Of a stretch of DNA of 64,000 nt, positions 52,450 to 64,000 are shown piece after piece (within the stretch, counting starts at the first letter, position 1; each line of letters opens with the position of its first letter). Both the position numbers and the translations under genes were made by a program. The DNA comes from Balanoglossus misakiensis. Its lineage: Eukaryota > Animalia > Hemichordata. Where the stretch lies: NCBI GenBank assembly GCA_040954595.2, contig CM082577.2, positions 5,816,301 through 5,880,300 on the forward strand, written 5' to 3'. The notes under the pieces are model-generated. The model had not been told where the DNA came from, did not search any database, and saw only the letters and a list, made by a program, of their open reading frames with translations.

Positions 52450-54310
52450 GCTACAAGTTATTGTCCAGTTACCTGAGCCGAGCGAGCCTAGTGTACTGCT
52501 GAGGTATTGAGGGAGTTTTCTGTTGAAGGGGCCGGCAATCCATATAAGTTTTCATGCAACTGCCGGCTAAGCAACATCAACCAGAATCAGCCTTTTATAT
52601 CCATTAGTTATCTTTGCCAAGAGGATTTTTTTTTCTGAAAGAGAAAAAAAACACAACAGAGTCCGTCAGTGTTTAAATCAGGACAATCGCCGATTCACTC
52701 AATACAGAACATCAAGCTCACAAAGCTATGTAAATCTACCGTGCAAATTGTCTCCTAAAATCTCGACATTCAAACATTACCCAAGCAATACTGGGCTTGC
52801 GATTGCCGCCAGAGATCATTAGCGATAAAACGTCTGGTAAGACACGGTTCCCGGGTAGCCCCGCTTCAAACAACGGTGGAAGGAAAATCCTAGCTCACAG
52901 CTGTGGCAGTTAAAACCGAAAAACGTTCCCAGGCAATCCTGACAAAAAAGTACCGCTGTCCGCCATTTTATGTAAATTTACCCGCACAGAGTTGAACCCT
53001 TAGCCCCATGTCGGTTGTGAACGCTACTATTAAAAATACAGTCATATAGAACAGGAATAAACAGCGACAGCGTGTTCGGGAGATTTTGCAGTTCCCAAGG
53101 GCTGTCTTTATAGTTTCAAAGAGCACGCGGCTAGCATGAAAATATTATCATCCATCAAACAACCCCCCTAAAGTTTGAACGTTGTACGAAATTAAAATAC
53201 AGGTTGCATACGAAATGGAGTCTCGGTTTTCGAAGCCAACCACGGCGTCTAATTGCAAAGATACGAATCTCGAAGAGGCCATGATACAAGTGAATTCAAA
53301 GTTAATCGCGACTAGGGCTTCACGAGGCACCAGCTAGCAACCCCGTTACGGAAACCGAATTGCGAGATTGCCCCTTCGATCACTTACCGTGGAGATCGGC
53401 TACATACAGTATAGTAGGGGCCCCTCCACTTCAGTTACGACCAACCACATAAAAGACACTACTTTCTGGCTCGCTCAGCTGATCACACTGCGATTTATAC
53501 ACACGCTGTGTTCTACCTAACTGAAGACGGCGGGCCAGATCGTCGGTTTTGAGGGACAGCTTACTCAAAGAAGAGGCCGAAATATCTGACTGAAGACAGT
53601 GGACGCTCGCATGTTGATACCAAGTTTCCCTTACGACCCTCAAAATCACACTCCGGTGTGATACAAACTCACAAGCAATGTACCTGAATTTTACGACCGA
53701 CTAATAAAAATACCGCTTTTACTGGCTTTCACTTGGGTCGGTACTGATTAAAACCGCCAACCTTGCGCCCAGGCGGGCCTTAATGCTCGAGATCATTCGA
53801 AATCTTTGTGAAGCAGGCAACGAGTTGGAAATATAACCACACTGAAGGATTGTGTACATGTGTATGTATGAGTGTTTGAGTGGTCACTTTGATTGAACAC
53901 TGCTCACCCGTATTTGGGTCGCTTGAAATAATGAAAAACAACGGTTATATGGCCAGAGAGACTGTATTTATCCACGTAGGACTGAAACGCTTCGAACGTT
54001 ATCGCTAAAAATGGCAAACGCTGGCTGTAACGCCGACCTGACATTCAAAGCCGACCACACGGCGAAATTCAATTCAACGAACCAACCGGTCAATCGCTGA
54101 AGCGAGCTGTGTGTTCATAACCAACGGAGCAGATACATAATCAATTGAACTTACCTCGAATTTCTCAATCGACTGACCTCTCCGCCGCCAAAACTAACCC
54201 CCGATTTCACTCATCGTCTTTCTACCGGACACATACTTCGGTTGCGGGGAGCGGGAGAACCATAACTCGGTAGACGCGGCAGTGTGAGTCCGGTGGCTTT
54301 CTTTCCACTT
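52450..54310 (-). other. Axin 5'-UTR: spliced leader with two candidate non-coding first exons and uORFs
   Basis: Strong acceptor tttttttctctttcag| at 52635/52634. Consensus donors gtaagt start at 53387 and 54154. uORFs at 52604-52587, 52577-52488 and 52555-52469. The upstream boundary is approximate. Confidence 0.55.
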
Positions 54311-54370
54311 TCAGCTGAAACCGACACACAAATTTGAAAATGTGAGGAAGTTTGTATGTTGCAAACTATA

Positions 54371-54449
54371 ACATCAAAGCACATGCCCGCCGCCCCGAAA
54401 CAACTCCCAGAGGATCATGACGTCAACATTGAAAACAAGCCGCACCAAT
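54371..54449 (-). promoter_or_regulatory. Putative Axin promoter: TCF/LEF site, Helper-like site, CRE and CCAAT box
   Basis: ACATCAAAG at 54371-54379, GCCGCC at 54389-54394, TGACGTCA at 54418-54425 and CCAAT at 54445-54449, just upstream of the candidate first exon that ends at the 54154 donor. Confidence 0.55.
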
Positions 54450-57400
54450 CACAATACGAGATCATATAACACAGAGTGTTCATACTGTGACACACTGGGA
54501 CATCGCTAATGTATGTTTTGGGGGTGGGAAGCATAGGCCGGATAGGGTTTTCTGACTTGGGCGACAGCATTTGACCCGTTTTCTGTCTCAAGTTACCTCC
54601 AATCTATACATTTATTTGATGCTTTGGTTAAAATTCATGAACATTACAATTCAAAAGCGTTTTTACACGATTCCGGTCCCTCTGTACTATCAAAGAAGAA
54701 AAGAAAAGTTGCAAACGGTTGAAATAACACTGTATTTTTATATTTAAATTGTAAAATACCTGCAAATACTACAAATATCGAGTGTTTTCACTGTGTCTAA
54801 TCCTGTAGACTTGTAATATCAGGATACGAAAAATTTGCCTGCCTGAAAAGTGTGTGTGTACACTTCGTGAGTCGACTGCAGGAAATGCTGTGACCCCTAT
54901 TTAAGTTCAAAAGTTCAATGGTCCACATAATCAACACCATTGATAAGTTAGGAGAATTCGAAGTCTTACAGAGTGCGCACCGCATTTATCAAACTGTACA
55001 TGCGAAGAACCGGAGTCGTGTCGCAATTTACGGGCACTGTTTGACTTCCTATCGCTAATTTTCGATAGATACTGCGATGTTCTTTAGACGATCCGACCTA
55101 GCAGGGCCGAGAAAGTCTTGTTTACAGGGGCGACATATTCTTTTTTACGCTCCAGTCGTATAAATTACACCGTGGTCATAAAAGCGAGCGCTCACTGTTT
55201 CGCATGTTTTCCGAAAGCTAAATTTTCCGCTTGAGGAGAGCTGTTGAAAAGCGCGATATGACTGCTAACAGTCTCCGTGCTGCCTCAGCACTGACTTCGA
55301 AGAGGGCCAGATCTGGGCCATGGGCAGACCCCAGTGCGGCGATCAACTTCTGCTTGTGACCGGGGTCAAGCGGCGGTCTTTTCTGTGCCGGTGACATGTT
55401 TATTCATAAGTTTGGATAAATGACCATCGGATAAAACCGTCTGATGTTGCCGCGCACACAAATTTCTATTTCCCCGAGTATTAGAGGGTTAGTGCGACGG
55501 GTTTTATGTAGCTAACTCCCACTGATATCCTACTATGCTAGATTTTACGAGCTCTTTCTCTTCACAAACTAAAAGGAACTTCCTTCCCGCGGCCCCATAG
55601 TGCTTTTCGCTCAAACGTTGTTTTTTTCTTAGTCATTTTGCGTTACGGCATAACCAGTAAAAGAAATTGGACATTAATCCTAGATTTTTATCATCTTAAC
55701 AAAAACACTGGGCCCGTTTAACAGCAGCGAAATATTGGCAGGCTTGGAAAATATATAAATATTCCAAACAAGGCCATTCGAATTGTATTAATGACTTGAG
55801 CTAAAGAAAGGCGAAAACAATAAAAGGGAGTGCGTTGGAAATTTATAGGTCCATTGGCCATCTCTTCAGACTTTTGCGCTATGCCCATTTACGCGTGCCT
55901 TTGGAACTTGGGAGCAACGTGTAAATTGTATTCGCGTCGGATTCTGATCCCTCTCTCAACTTTTCATAAAAAAATGCCAGAATTTTCCCGCGAAAAATGA
56001 CAATGTACATTCAAATCGGCTCCTGTTTATTTATTTTTTACACTTTTGAAATTGGCAACGTTCACTTTTAAGTATCTTCTGAAGTATAGGGGTGTATTCG
56101 TTACCTTCAACCTATACAACTATTTGAGTCGCCCGACTGTACAAACCCGCTAATGGTATTGTTTTCAACGTGTGGTTGTTTTCATTGGGAAAGATGGGCT
56201 AGCGTCGGTAGGGACTGTTTGAGAAAAGTCAAAAACATCTGTTGAAGTTACTAGAATGCCTGGCCGGAGAGTATTTTCTCTCTCTCTCTCTCCAAATCTC
56301 AGCGAAATCCTTGGATCGTGGTAGTATTCAAACATCGTGTGGTAGTGATGGCTCCGAAGTAGCCGAGGAATGCACAGGCTCGCTCTTCTGATTGCTGTAA
56401 TTTGATTGGTCGTTGCCCGCGTAATGTAATATGATAGGTGACATATATAAAGACAGACGGTAGCGCGGCTTCCTTTGAACTTTGTCGAGTGGGACCGCCT
56501 TCTTTTGATCTCGTGTGATGCAGGCTGCCGGGAGAATATGAAATATCACTAATTTGGTGCGATTCGCACTGGCTGAGCGCTAGGTGTATAGACCACGCGA
56601 CGGTACAATGGGAGGCGGGTCGCCGCCTTTGTTCGCCTCGGCCGAAACGCAGAAGCGATGAATTATGGACAGGAAAAATATAACGAGAGTTATTTTCCAT
56701 TATCAGGGAAGCCGTCCGCGGTAATCTCCATCAATAATCCAGCGTAAACTGTGACCGAGTGTATTGTTTCCTGTTCGTGCCCTTGTCATTCCCGTTTCCG
56801 CGGCTACGATTATTCGCGAATCGTTCGATCATTTTTGTTAATTATCACGGTACCTACATTCTGTGGTGCCATTTGCGACCGAGTAATCCCGAAAATTCGC
56901 CTTCCGATGCGACATATATATATTTTAAACGACATGAGGGCTCGAATGATGTTGGATAAATACATCGTTTTACGGGGAGCGAATCCTCCCCGCCAGTGCA
57001 CAAAATGTGTACGGGCATATTAACACTTTGGGGTGGTTGTTTATTTATTTATTTGTTTTCGATGTAGGTGGAACAGATTTATATTTAAATCTGCACCCGG
57101 TAGTGTCAAGGTACACTGTTATTTTCGCAAACGTCAGGCGAATTAACGTTGAATAGAGTCACATGTTTGTGTTTGGGTTGGTATCATTGTATTTGTATTG
57201 TGTGTTGTTGCATTCTCTAATGGCAAAGCTGGTTTATATCCGGGTCCTGGAAATCAACTTCACTATCTGAACGAAATAGGGCACAGGTACCCAAGAGATT
57301 ATGTTTTGCAAAAAAAAAATATATTTCCCCCGTTTTTCACGTCCCCTGTTGGATTTGCCGCCGACCGCAAGCTTACCAGCGCGTTTCATCATCCCCGGTA

Positions 57401-58459
57401 GATAACTAGATGGACTCTATCTGCTGTCTATGAATGCAATTCAACATCACTATCATAACATTCACCGCCCAATTTGCTCATCACAATCGAAAGTGGAACA
57501 AAAGTAATTAAATGCAGCGCTCTTGGCTCGAACCGCCAGGGCAACGTGCAGCTAGCCCTTCCGAGGCCCAATTGTCACCTTGGTGTCGCCATGGTTATTG
57601 ATGGCCAATTACCACAATGTGTTTGTGACTGAAACAAAGGGCGCCGACCGCTCGTATGGTGTCAACGGACATGGCTTCCCTGAACTTGCTACATTGTGAC
57701 AATTTGAAAACGGCCTCGCGCCCCTTATCTGATAATGGGGGGAGGGGGGACTGCGATTCGGTGACATGCTATATTGGGTGAGGGGCTTTTTAGTAGCGCG
57801 CAGGGTGTAGTTTAGACACAGTACCTCAGATCTATCACATGTCGCATAGTCCATAGAGGAGATTAAAAAAAATTGCGTTTTTCCTACCCGTTATTTTGTA
57901 CAAAACTGGAATCAACAACCACATGACTGGAGGAAACAGGTACAAACAAAAATATTGCAACGTTGTCAACAACAAAAATCGTGTCATTACAATTTAACTT
58001 TAGTCGAACATAAACATCAACGCAAAAACAAGTATTTTTTTATGTAAAGGTGACTTGTTAGTTCGCTGTCGTTCGATTTTATCATTTCCCATTACAACGG
58101 TTCCGTCAATTACGCTCTGTATTTTATGCGTGTTTTGATATTAACCTTCTCAGCAGCATACGGCCAAGCCCCCGAATTCGTCTGAACTGATGAGCAGGTA
58201 CAATGTTTATATCTGTTAGTGTTTTTTTGTCCTCTGCACTCGGCTTCACGTGCGCTGCTCGGCCAAGACTACTTACCGCCGAAGCCAGCCAATCAATAAA
58301 ACGGTCGATAGGAATTCGATGAACTCCGAGGTAAAATTAGTGTCACTGTGATATGTTTTATGGCTACGTGAAGTACATAGTAATGGCACTTTGTGGCCAA
58401 TGTCATGTTTTCTTTATAAAGCGCCAATGACGCTTTATGGATTACCTGTAACTGCTGGG

Positions 58460-58790
58460 GGTGATGATGATGAGGAGGGGAGGTTGCTGTTGGTAATGAG
58501 GAGGAGGAAGAGGGTGATCTTGATGGGGAGGGTGTGTTGATGAGGAGGAGGATGAGGGTTGTTGTTGGTGATGAGGAGGAAGAGGATGATCTTGATGGGG
58601 AGGGTGTGTTGATGATGAGGAGGATGAGGGTTGTTGTTGGTGATGAGGAGGAAGAGGATGATCTTGATGGGGAGGAAGGGGAGGGTGTGTTGTTGTTATT
58701 GATGATGATGGGGAGGAGGAGGGAATTGTTGATTAGGAGGAGGGTGCGGTGGTGAAGAGGAGGGGGAATCTGCTGCGATGATGACGATGT
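58460..58790. repeat. GA/GT-rich minisatellite, 72-bp period (~2.5-3 copies), with low-complexity flanks
   Basis: gatcttgatggggag recurs at 58516, 58588 and 58660. It is built from GAG/GAT/GTT triplets. Confidence 0.9.
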
Positions 58791-61700
58791 TGGTTGTTCG
58801 TTCCGTGTAATTCCGTACATTCTGACTTGTTTGCGCGCATCGGCGGCGACACGCCGAGCGAACGTTTAAAATATATGGGCTGCGAAGTAAAACACACAAC
58901 CCAGGCCCATCCATCTCAGCCACCTAAATCTTGATCACCTGAAACGAGCTGAAAAGGAACCCAGGCGGTATCAGTCCCAGAAAGACGAGAGAAGTGGCGA
59001 CCCCCGGAATGGAAGTGATGGGCGATGCCGGTGAATTCGGCTCTTAATATGCGTCAAAAGAATAAGATCGCCTTAATCTAGTCGGGGCGGTGTCTTTTCA
59101 TACATTGTATAGCCTCTGCGCTCCAAAGTCCGACAAAGTTAGGAGATTACTGTAAGAGCCTGGCCGCCCGAGGCGCCAACAAAATGAAAGAAAAGTACGG
59201 GGTACCAAGAAAGTGTTAAATTAACCATGTCGTCATCAAATATTCATGCTGTGTGTGAGGGATTAATTTCTCATAGTTAATGCGACTTAATAGTGAGGAC
59301 TTCGGGGATCGGAAGATTAAATGACTGTTTTTTTTTTCCTTTTAAAAAATTCATATTCAGATCGCATATTAATTACTTATCGATTTTTCAGAATTGATGT
59401 TAATTAATACCACTTTTAATGAAAGTTTAAGCCATTTTTATGTGTATGTATAATTCTGTGTGATGTTTGACAATGGTCGGCGACTTCTTGGACTTTTTTC
59501 CATCGAAAGACAGAGTACCTGATTTTAACCATGTGTAATGGGAAAACATTTGAAATCTGTAGCTTGTTCTCACGCGATGCCCAATACTGTTAGGGGGCGC
59601 TCTTCTTCGTGTTCAAAGAATCATATCGAAGAGGAAAACAAGGTGCTTTTTATGTGTTCTGGTTCGGTGCGGCAACATCGAAGCCCTAACAAATTAGCGC
59701 CGGACAACCTCGCTCGACCCCACGAACCTCCGAGACATTCAAACGTCGACACGAATTCTCCATAAAATTTTAATAAGGGTAAAGAAAACCAGAGTTAAAG
59801 TAATTCGGCTAAAGCCGACTTTTACCCCGCCCAAGGCTTGAAAGCCGGCTCGGGTTTCATCTGCGATTTTGCCTTTATAGACGGGAGCAATAATGTTGGG
59901 ATCTATCGCCAAGAAACGACAGCGGCTCAAATGCGTACACAGCTTCCATGCTGAGTCGAATCAAAGCGGAGCAGCACGTTTTCTGTAATTTACAAAGAAA
60001 CCGCACATTATCGTGGCGATTCAGACAAATATCATAAAACGTGCGGTCAGTGTGTTACACCTGCCGAAATCACTAACGACAGAGATATTGAATAACAAGG
60101 CGACGTGATACCTCGCTGGCTTAATATACATTTTCCATTATGCCTTTTATACTTAATAAATTCGATGCTCTCAAAGCGACGATATGTTGATTTTTTGAAG
60201 AACGACTTATCGGCCAGCAACGGGGATATAGTGAGGTATGCGCGATCGTCCATCGAGCGCGCGCATGCATACCGCGCGCGCGGTGATCTCAGCTTTGAAG
60301 TCTCTCTTGCACGCACAAGGAGTCATATCGGATTTTTACCTCGGATATTTATCTTTACCAGTCAACCCCCTCCCCCAATTGACTTATTCAATTTGTTCAA
60401 GAAGTCTTTTTCTTGTACCGAGAGACAAGGCACGAGTTGCCCATTCATTTGTAGTCAAGGCCGCACGGTGTTGTCAGAAGACGCACGTAGAGCGCACTGA
60501 CCGAGTCAGAGCTGACCTCGACCGGCCGGCCACTGTCGCGGCGACACCGCCGACAGTTTCAAGATTTACTGCTGAATATTCAGGGTGTCCGAACGAGAAT
60601 GAATGGGGCGGGGGACGCGTGACAGACCGAGAAATCACATTTCAGTCGGTGGCCACGATTGCACATAGAACAAAACAATACAAAAAAAGCCAAAACAATT
60701 ATGGTTGTCGCGCGCATTAAAGAACAAAGGAGCCGCGCAAGCTGGTTTTAGGGACAAACGGGGGGGGGGGGTCGTTCAGTTAAGGATCGACCACTAGATA
60801 TTGAGGGGGGGGGGTAACCAGATCACGACGTTCCCCAAAGACTCTGTTCTTGTTTGTTTGAGGACCATGCAATCCTTCAGAATTCCACAACTAAGCCTAT
60901 TTGGCCACATTTCTTCTTCTTATTCTGAACATGGAGAGAAGAAATAAAGTCCAGATCGAAACTTCGAGTTTACTGTTTGTCCAGGAAATCCCCGTTTTCA
61001 ATGTCCAATATTGGGTACCAGGCTGATTGGGTACAGTTATCTCCAGATAAAGCTTGCATTTCAACAATCTCGAAAAGCGACATTCATCCTTATTCAGTTC
61101 CAATATTTGTTTTTTTTCTCTCTCTCCTATTTTGTCGGGAGATGCACTGTTTTATGGACCCGTCTTCCGGTCCACTTGGATTTCCCTTTGCCTTGTCGCC
61201 ACTACACCGTTGGCTAACCGTCCGTCGCGTCGCCGTGCTCGGATTTCAAGATTCCTGTGCGGCAATGATCGGGAACATGGCGTGCCAGGAATCTGTAAAG
61301 GTTAATGGAAATAACCTTTGTGAAATATGGAAGTGCGTATTCAATGTCAGCGAAGGTCGAGCGAAGCGCAGTGACAATTTTAATCGGATAGTAATGACGT
61401 TTTTTATTTGCAATGGCAAACCGCGATGATGACAGTATAGACACTACATAGTACATTACACTACATGACAGTACGTTACAGTATTATTGCAACGCAACCG
61501 TTAGATTTTTAAATGTATTGTTTGAATTTCCGTGTATATTTCCCTGAGTTTATGAGAAACCAGCTTGAATGTATTCCATCAACCTTTCTCCAGGGTCTAT
61601 GATCAATCCAACGGAGTTTTGAACAATATATATATGATGATTACTTTCGATCACATCGCGTTGCGGCCAAACAAATAATTCCGGCGAGACCGCTGAACCG

Positions 61701-64000
61701 CGCGCACGGTCCCCAGTGCACTGCACACGAATTTTATCGATAAGACAGGCGCCTTCACGACATGACTAGGCCAGTCGAGCTCCCCACCAGAGGGATTTAA
61801 TATACAATTTTGATTGTACATTTATGTCGTATGTATCAGATGGAATTGTATTCCGTGTAGCACGCCATCATGCCGTGTATTCTCGCCAAAATAGCACAAA
61901 TCATCAAAGCACCGCGGCCACAGGTTGTAGGGAGTCAAACAAATAACGGAGGGGTGGGTGGGGGCAAAATACCAGCAAATGTGATTGGGAGACATATATA
62001 TTTATAACCAACGTTTCGAGTAACCACAGCAAGATTGAACACGTTATTCGCGGCGCAGATTAAAGTTACTTACGAAACAAACAGTTGTTTTCGCGATCAC
62101 TTTGTGGCCCACGTGCGTGTATTAAGAAATTTCAACGCCGAGTTTGCATTTTAAAAATTACTTTACCTTACCTTATTCTGACAGAACCAATGATCGGATA
62201 AGGGTGTAACTTTATCTGAGCTCAACACGCACACAACGATCTTTTTATAATTTTATTTTTGAGCACCGCTACATTTCGAGATACCTCCATATATTTCCGA
62301 AACACGCATTAAGCTCCTTTTCGCGGAAAGGCTTTACCAGGCAGAAACAAAAGAAAATATTTACGACACTAATTTTGGAATTGTCGGAAAGGATCAAAGT
62401 ACCTTTGGAGACACCCATGCACGAACTATAATAAATCGCGCCTCTTTTCGGTGCGATCAACAGATGTTTTAATACTGGGCCCATTACAATGTCCAAGGGA
62501 GATTCCATTCTACGCCCTGAAGGGGTGATAGGGATAGTGAAACGGGCAGGTAAAATGGAAATGTGAATGTGCACAGTAGGACTATTTTATAGATTACACG
62601 TCTTTCGGGGAAATGTAAGGTTGAACAGATTCCACAAAAATTGATGCAGAAACCAACCTGTAGATCTTGGGCAATTGTGTTTTTGTTGTTTGTTTTATTC
62701 CATTCTCTCAAACGGAGAACGATTTTTGAGACTTTGCCGACAGCAAGTAACATACTTTGCTCACACGGCTACGCAGTAACCCCACCCCAATGCATGGTTA
62801 TTACGCTTTGAATGGGGCGACAGAACATCCGGGGTAATTAAATGACGATGGTCGTTCAACAACCATGCAGGCAGTGTGTATGCTTTAGAACTGGGAGGTT
62901 CTCGCCAAAATAGACACGGACAGCTTGTAAGGGTTGAAAAATACGCGGACACTAAACTTAGAGAGAACAACTGTGGCAGATGGTTAAATTTGATATTTTG
63001 AAGTTCTAAGTGCCCAAAACCGACCACGAGTTCCCGAGACCACATTTTTGTTCGAAACTGTGGTTATACATAAATTGTTGATATTTGGAAGGGAAAACAA
63101 GTATCCCTGAGAGCCAGTTAGTTGTAGCTACGAAAAAAAACAATGCGTGTATTGAAAATACATTTTTGAGGCAAACAATTCAAGTCCCCATTCTGCCAAT
63201 CCCCTGTGAGCACATGGGATTAGAGGCGTTTAATATTAACGGGAATTTAAACCGCGATACCCACAGGAGCCTTTCTTGGAATTGGCAATATCACATCTGA
63301 GTGCATTTGACATAGAATTTGAAAGCCATCTGGGACTGCAGCGCAATTTATGAATTGATATCGGGAATTCCAAATGGTGATTGAATATGCAAAGTAGGGC
63401 CTTTATAACTTTGTGAGATTAGAAAGTTTTTTTAATCATAGATGCCAATACGACCATGGTGCTCACCACACATAATCATGATCATCTCGTACACCTGCAT
63501 GCCCCATCCACTAAAATCTACCAAGATCTTGACGTGAAACAGTAATGTCTACCACATTTAAGGCTAATCATGAGTGCATGGGAAATATGCTGGAAAGCTA
63601 GTTCATAAAAACCATCGTTGTTCCACCATAAATGCTTGAGTGTACATATAAGGTATATGGTTCGGTCGACTATGTAACAGACTTGATTGACTGGATTTTT
63701 ATTCCCTTGAGGGCGCTCTTTGCTCAGACCGCACCCAATGACACGATGGAAGGTGGCAACTTCCCTGCTGAAAAACATTCAGACCAAACCCACAGTTCAA
63801 AAACTAACTTTTATTCTCAGATTACAACTGTAAAAAATATAATAATGCCATTTTGGTTTATAAAAAATCATAAATTAGCAACGCCTCTTAAATAAAAAAT
63901 ATAACAATCTTCTACAATTATGCTTATGTTTTTAAAATTACATTTAAATAAACAACAAAGTTTCTCAGCATTCAGATTAAAAGAACAAGCTAAATTTCCT

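Noticed and set aside
60047-60815. CpG-rich stretch with palindrome accgcgcgcgcggt, overlapping 131-160-aa ORFs and a TIR-like end (taaggatcgaccactagatattgaGn)
   Set aside because: The ORFs lack domains and no partner TIR was found in the window, so neither a gene nor an element can be supported.
1-64000. Prokaryotic-type systems (CRISPR arrays, operons, defence islands), tRNA or rRNA genes
   Set aside because: The sequence is intron-containing animal DNA. No repeat-spacer array, cloverleaf or rRNA-like segment was seen.

Overview
Eukaryotic (metazoan) genomic DNA with GT-AG introns. The Axin architecture and base composition suggest an invertebrate deuterostome such as a hemichordate, echinoderm or amphioxus (inference only). 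The first 23 kb is a compact cluster of five spliced genes: a 5'-truncated LRR protein (+), ADPRM (-), a GTT1-like glutathione S-transferase with an N-terminal membrane anchor (+), ERCC6/CSB (+, 17 coding exons, ~1619 aa) and an SLC5A8/SLC5A6/NIS-type sodium:solute symporter (+, 14 exons, ~595 aa). The remaining 41 kb holds only Axin (-, 10 coding exons, ~980 aa) with large introns and gene-free flanks containing PIF/Harbinger-type MITEs, satellites and TCF/LEF motifs. All exon chains were assembled by hand and are phase-consistent. I found no rRNA, tRNA, CRISPR or autonomous transposon. The best novelty candidates are a PRMT5-binding-motif-like C-terminus (GQFDD) on the LRR protein, the membrane-anchored microbial-type GST, and layered Axin control (TCF plus Helper site, alternative first exons, three uORFs, a skippable exon). 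None of these is a proven new system.
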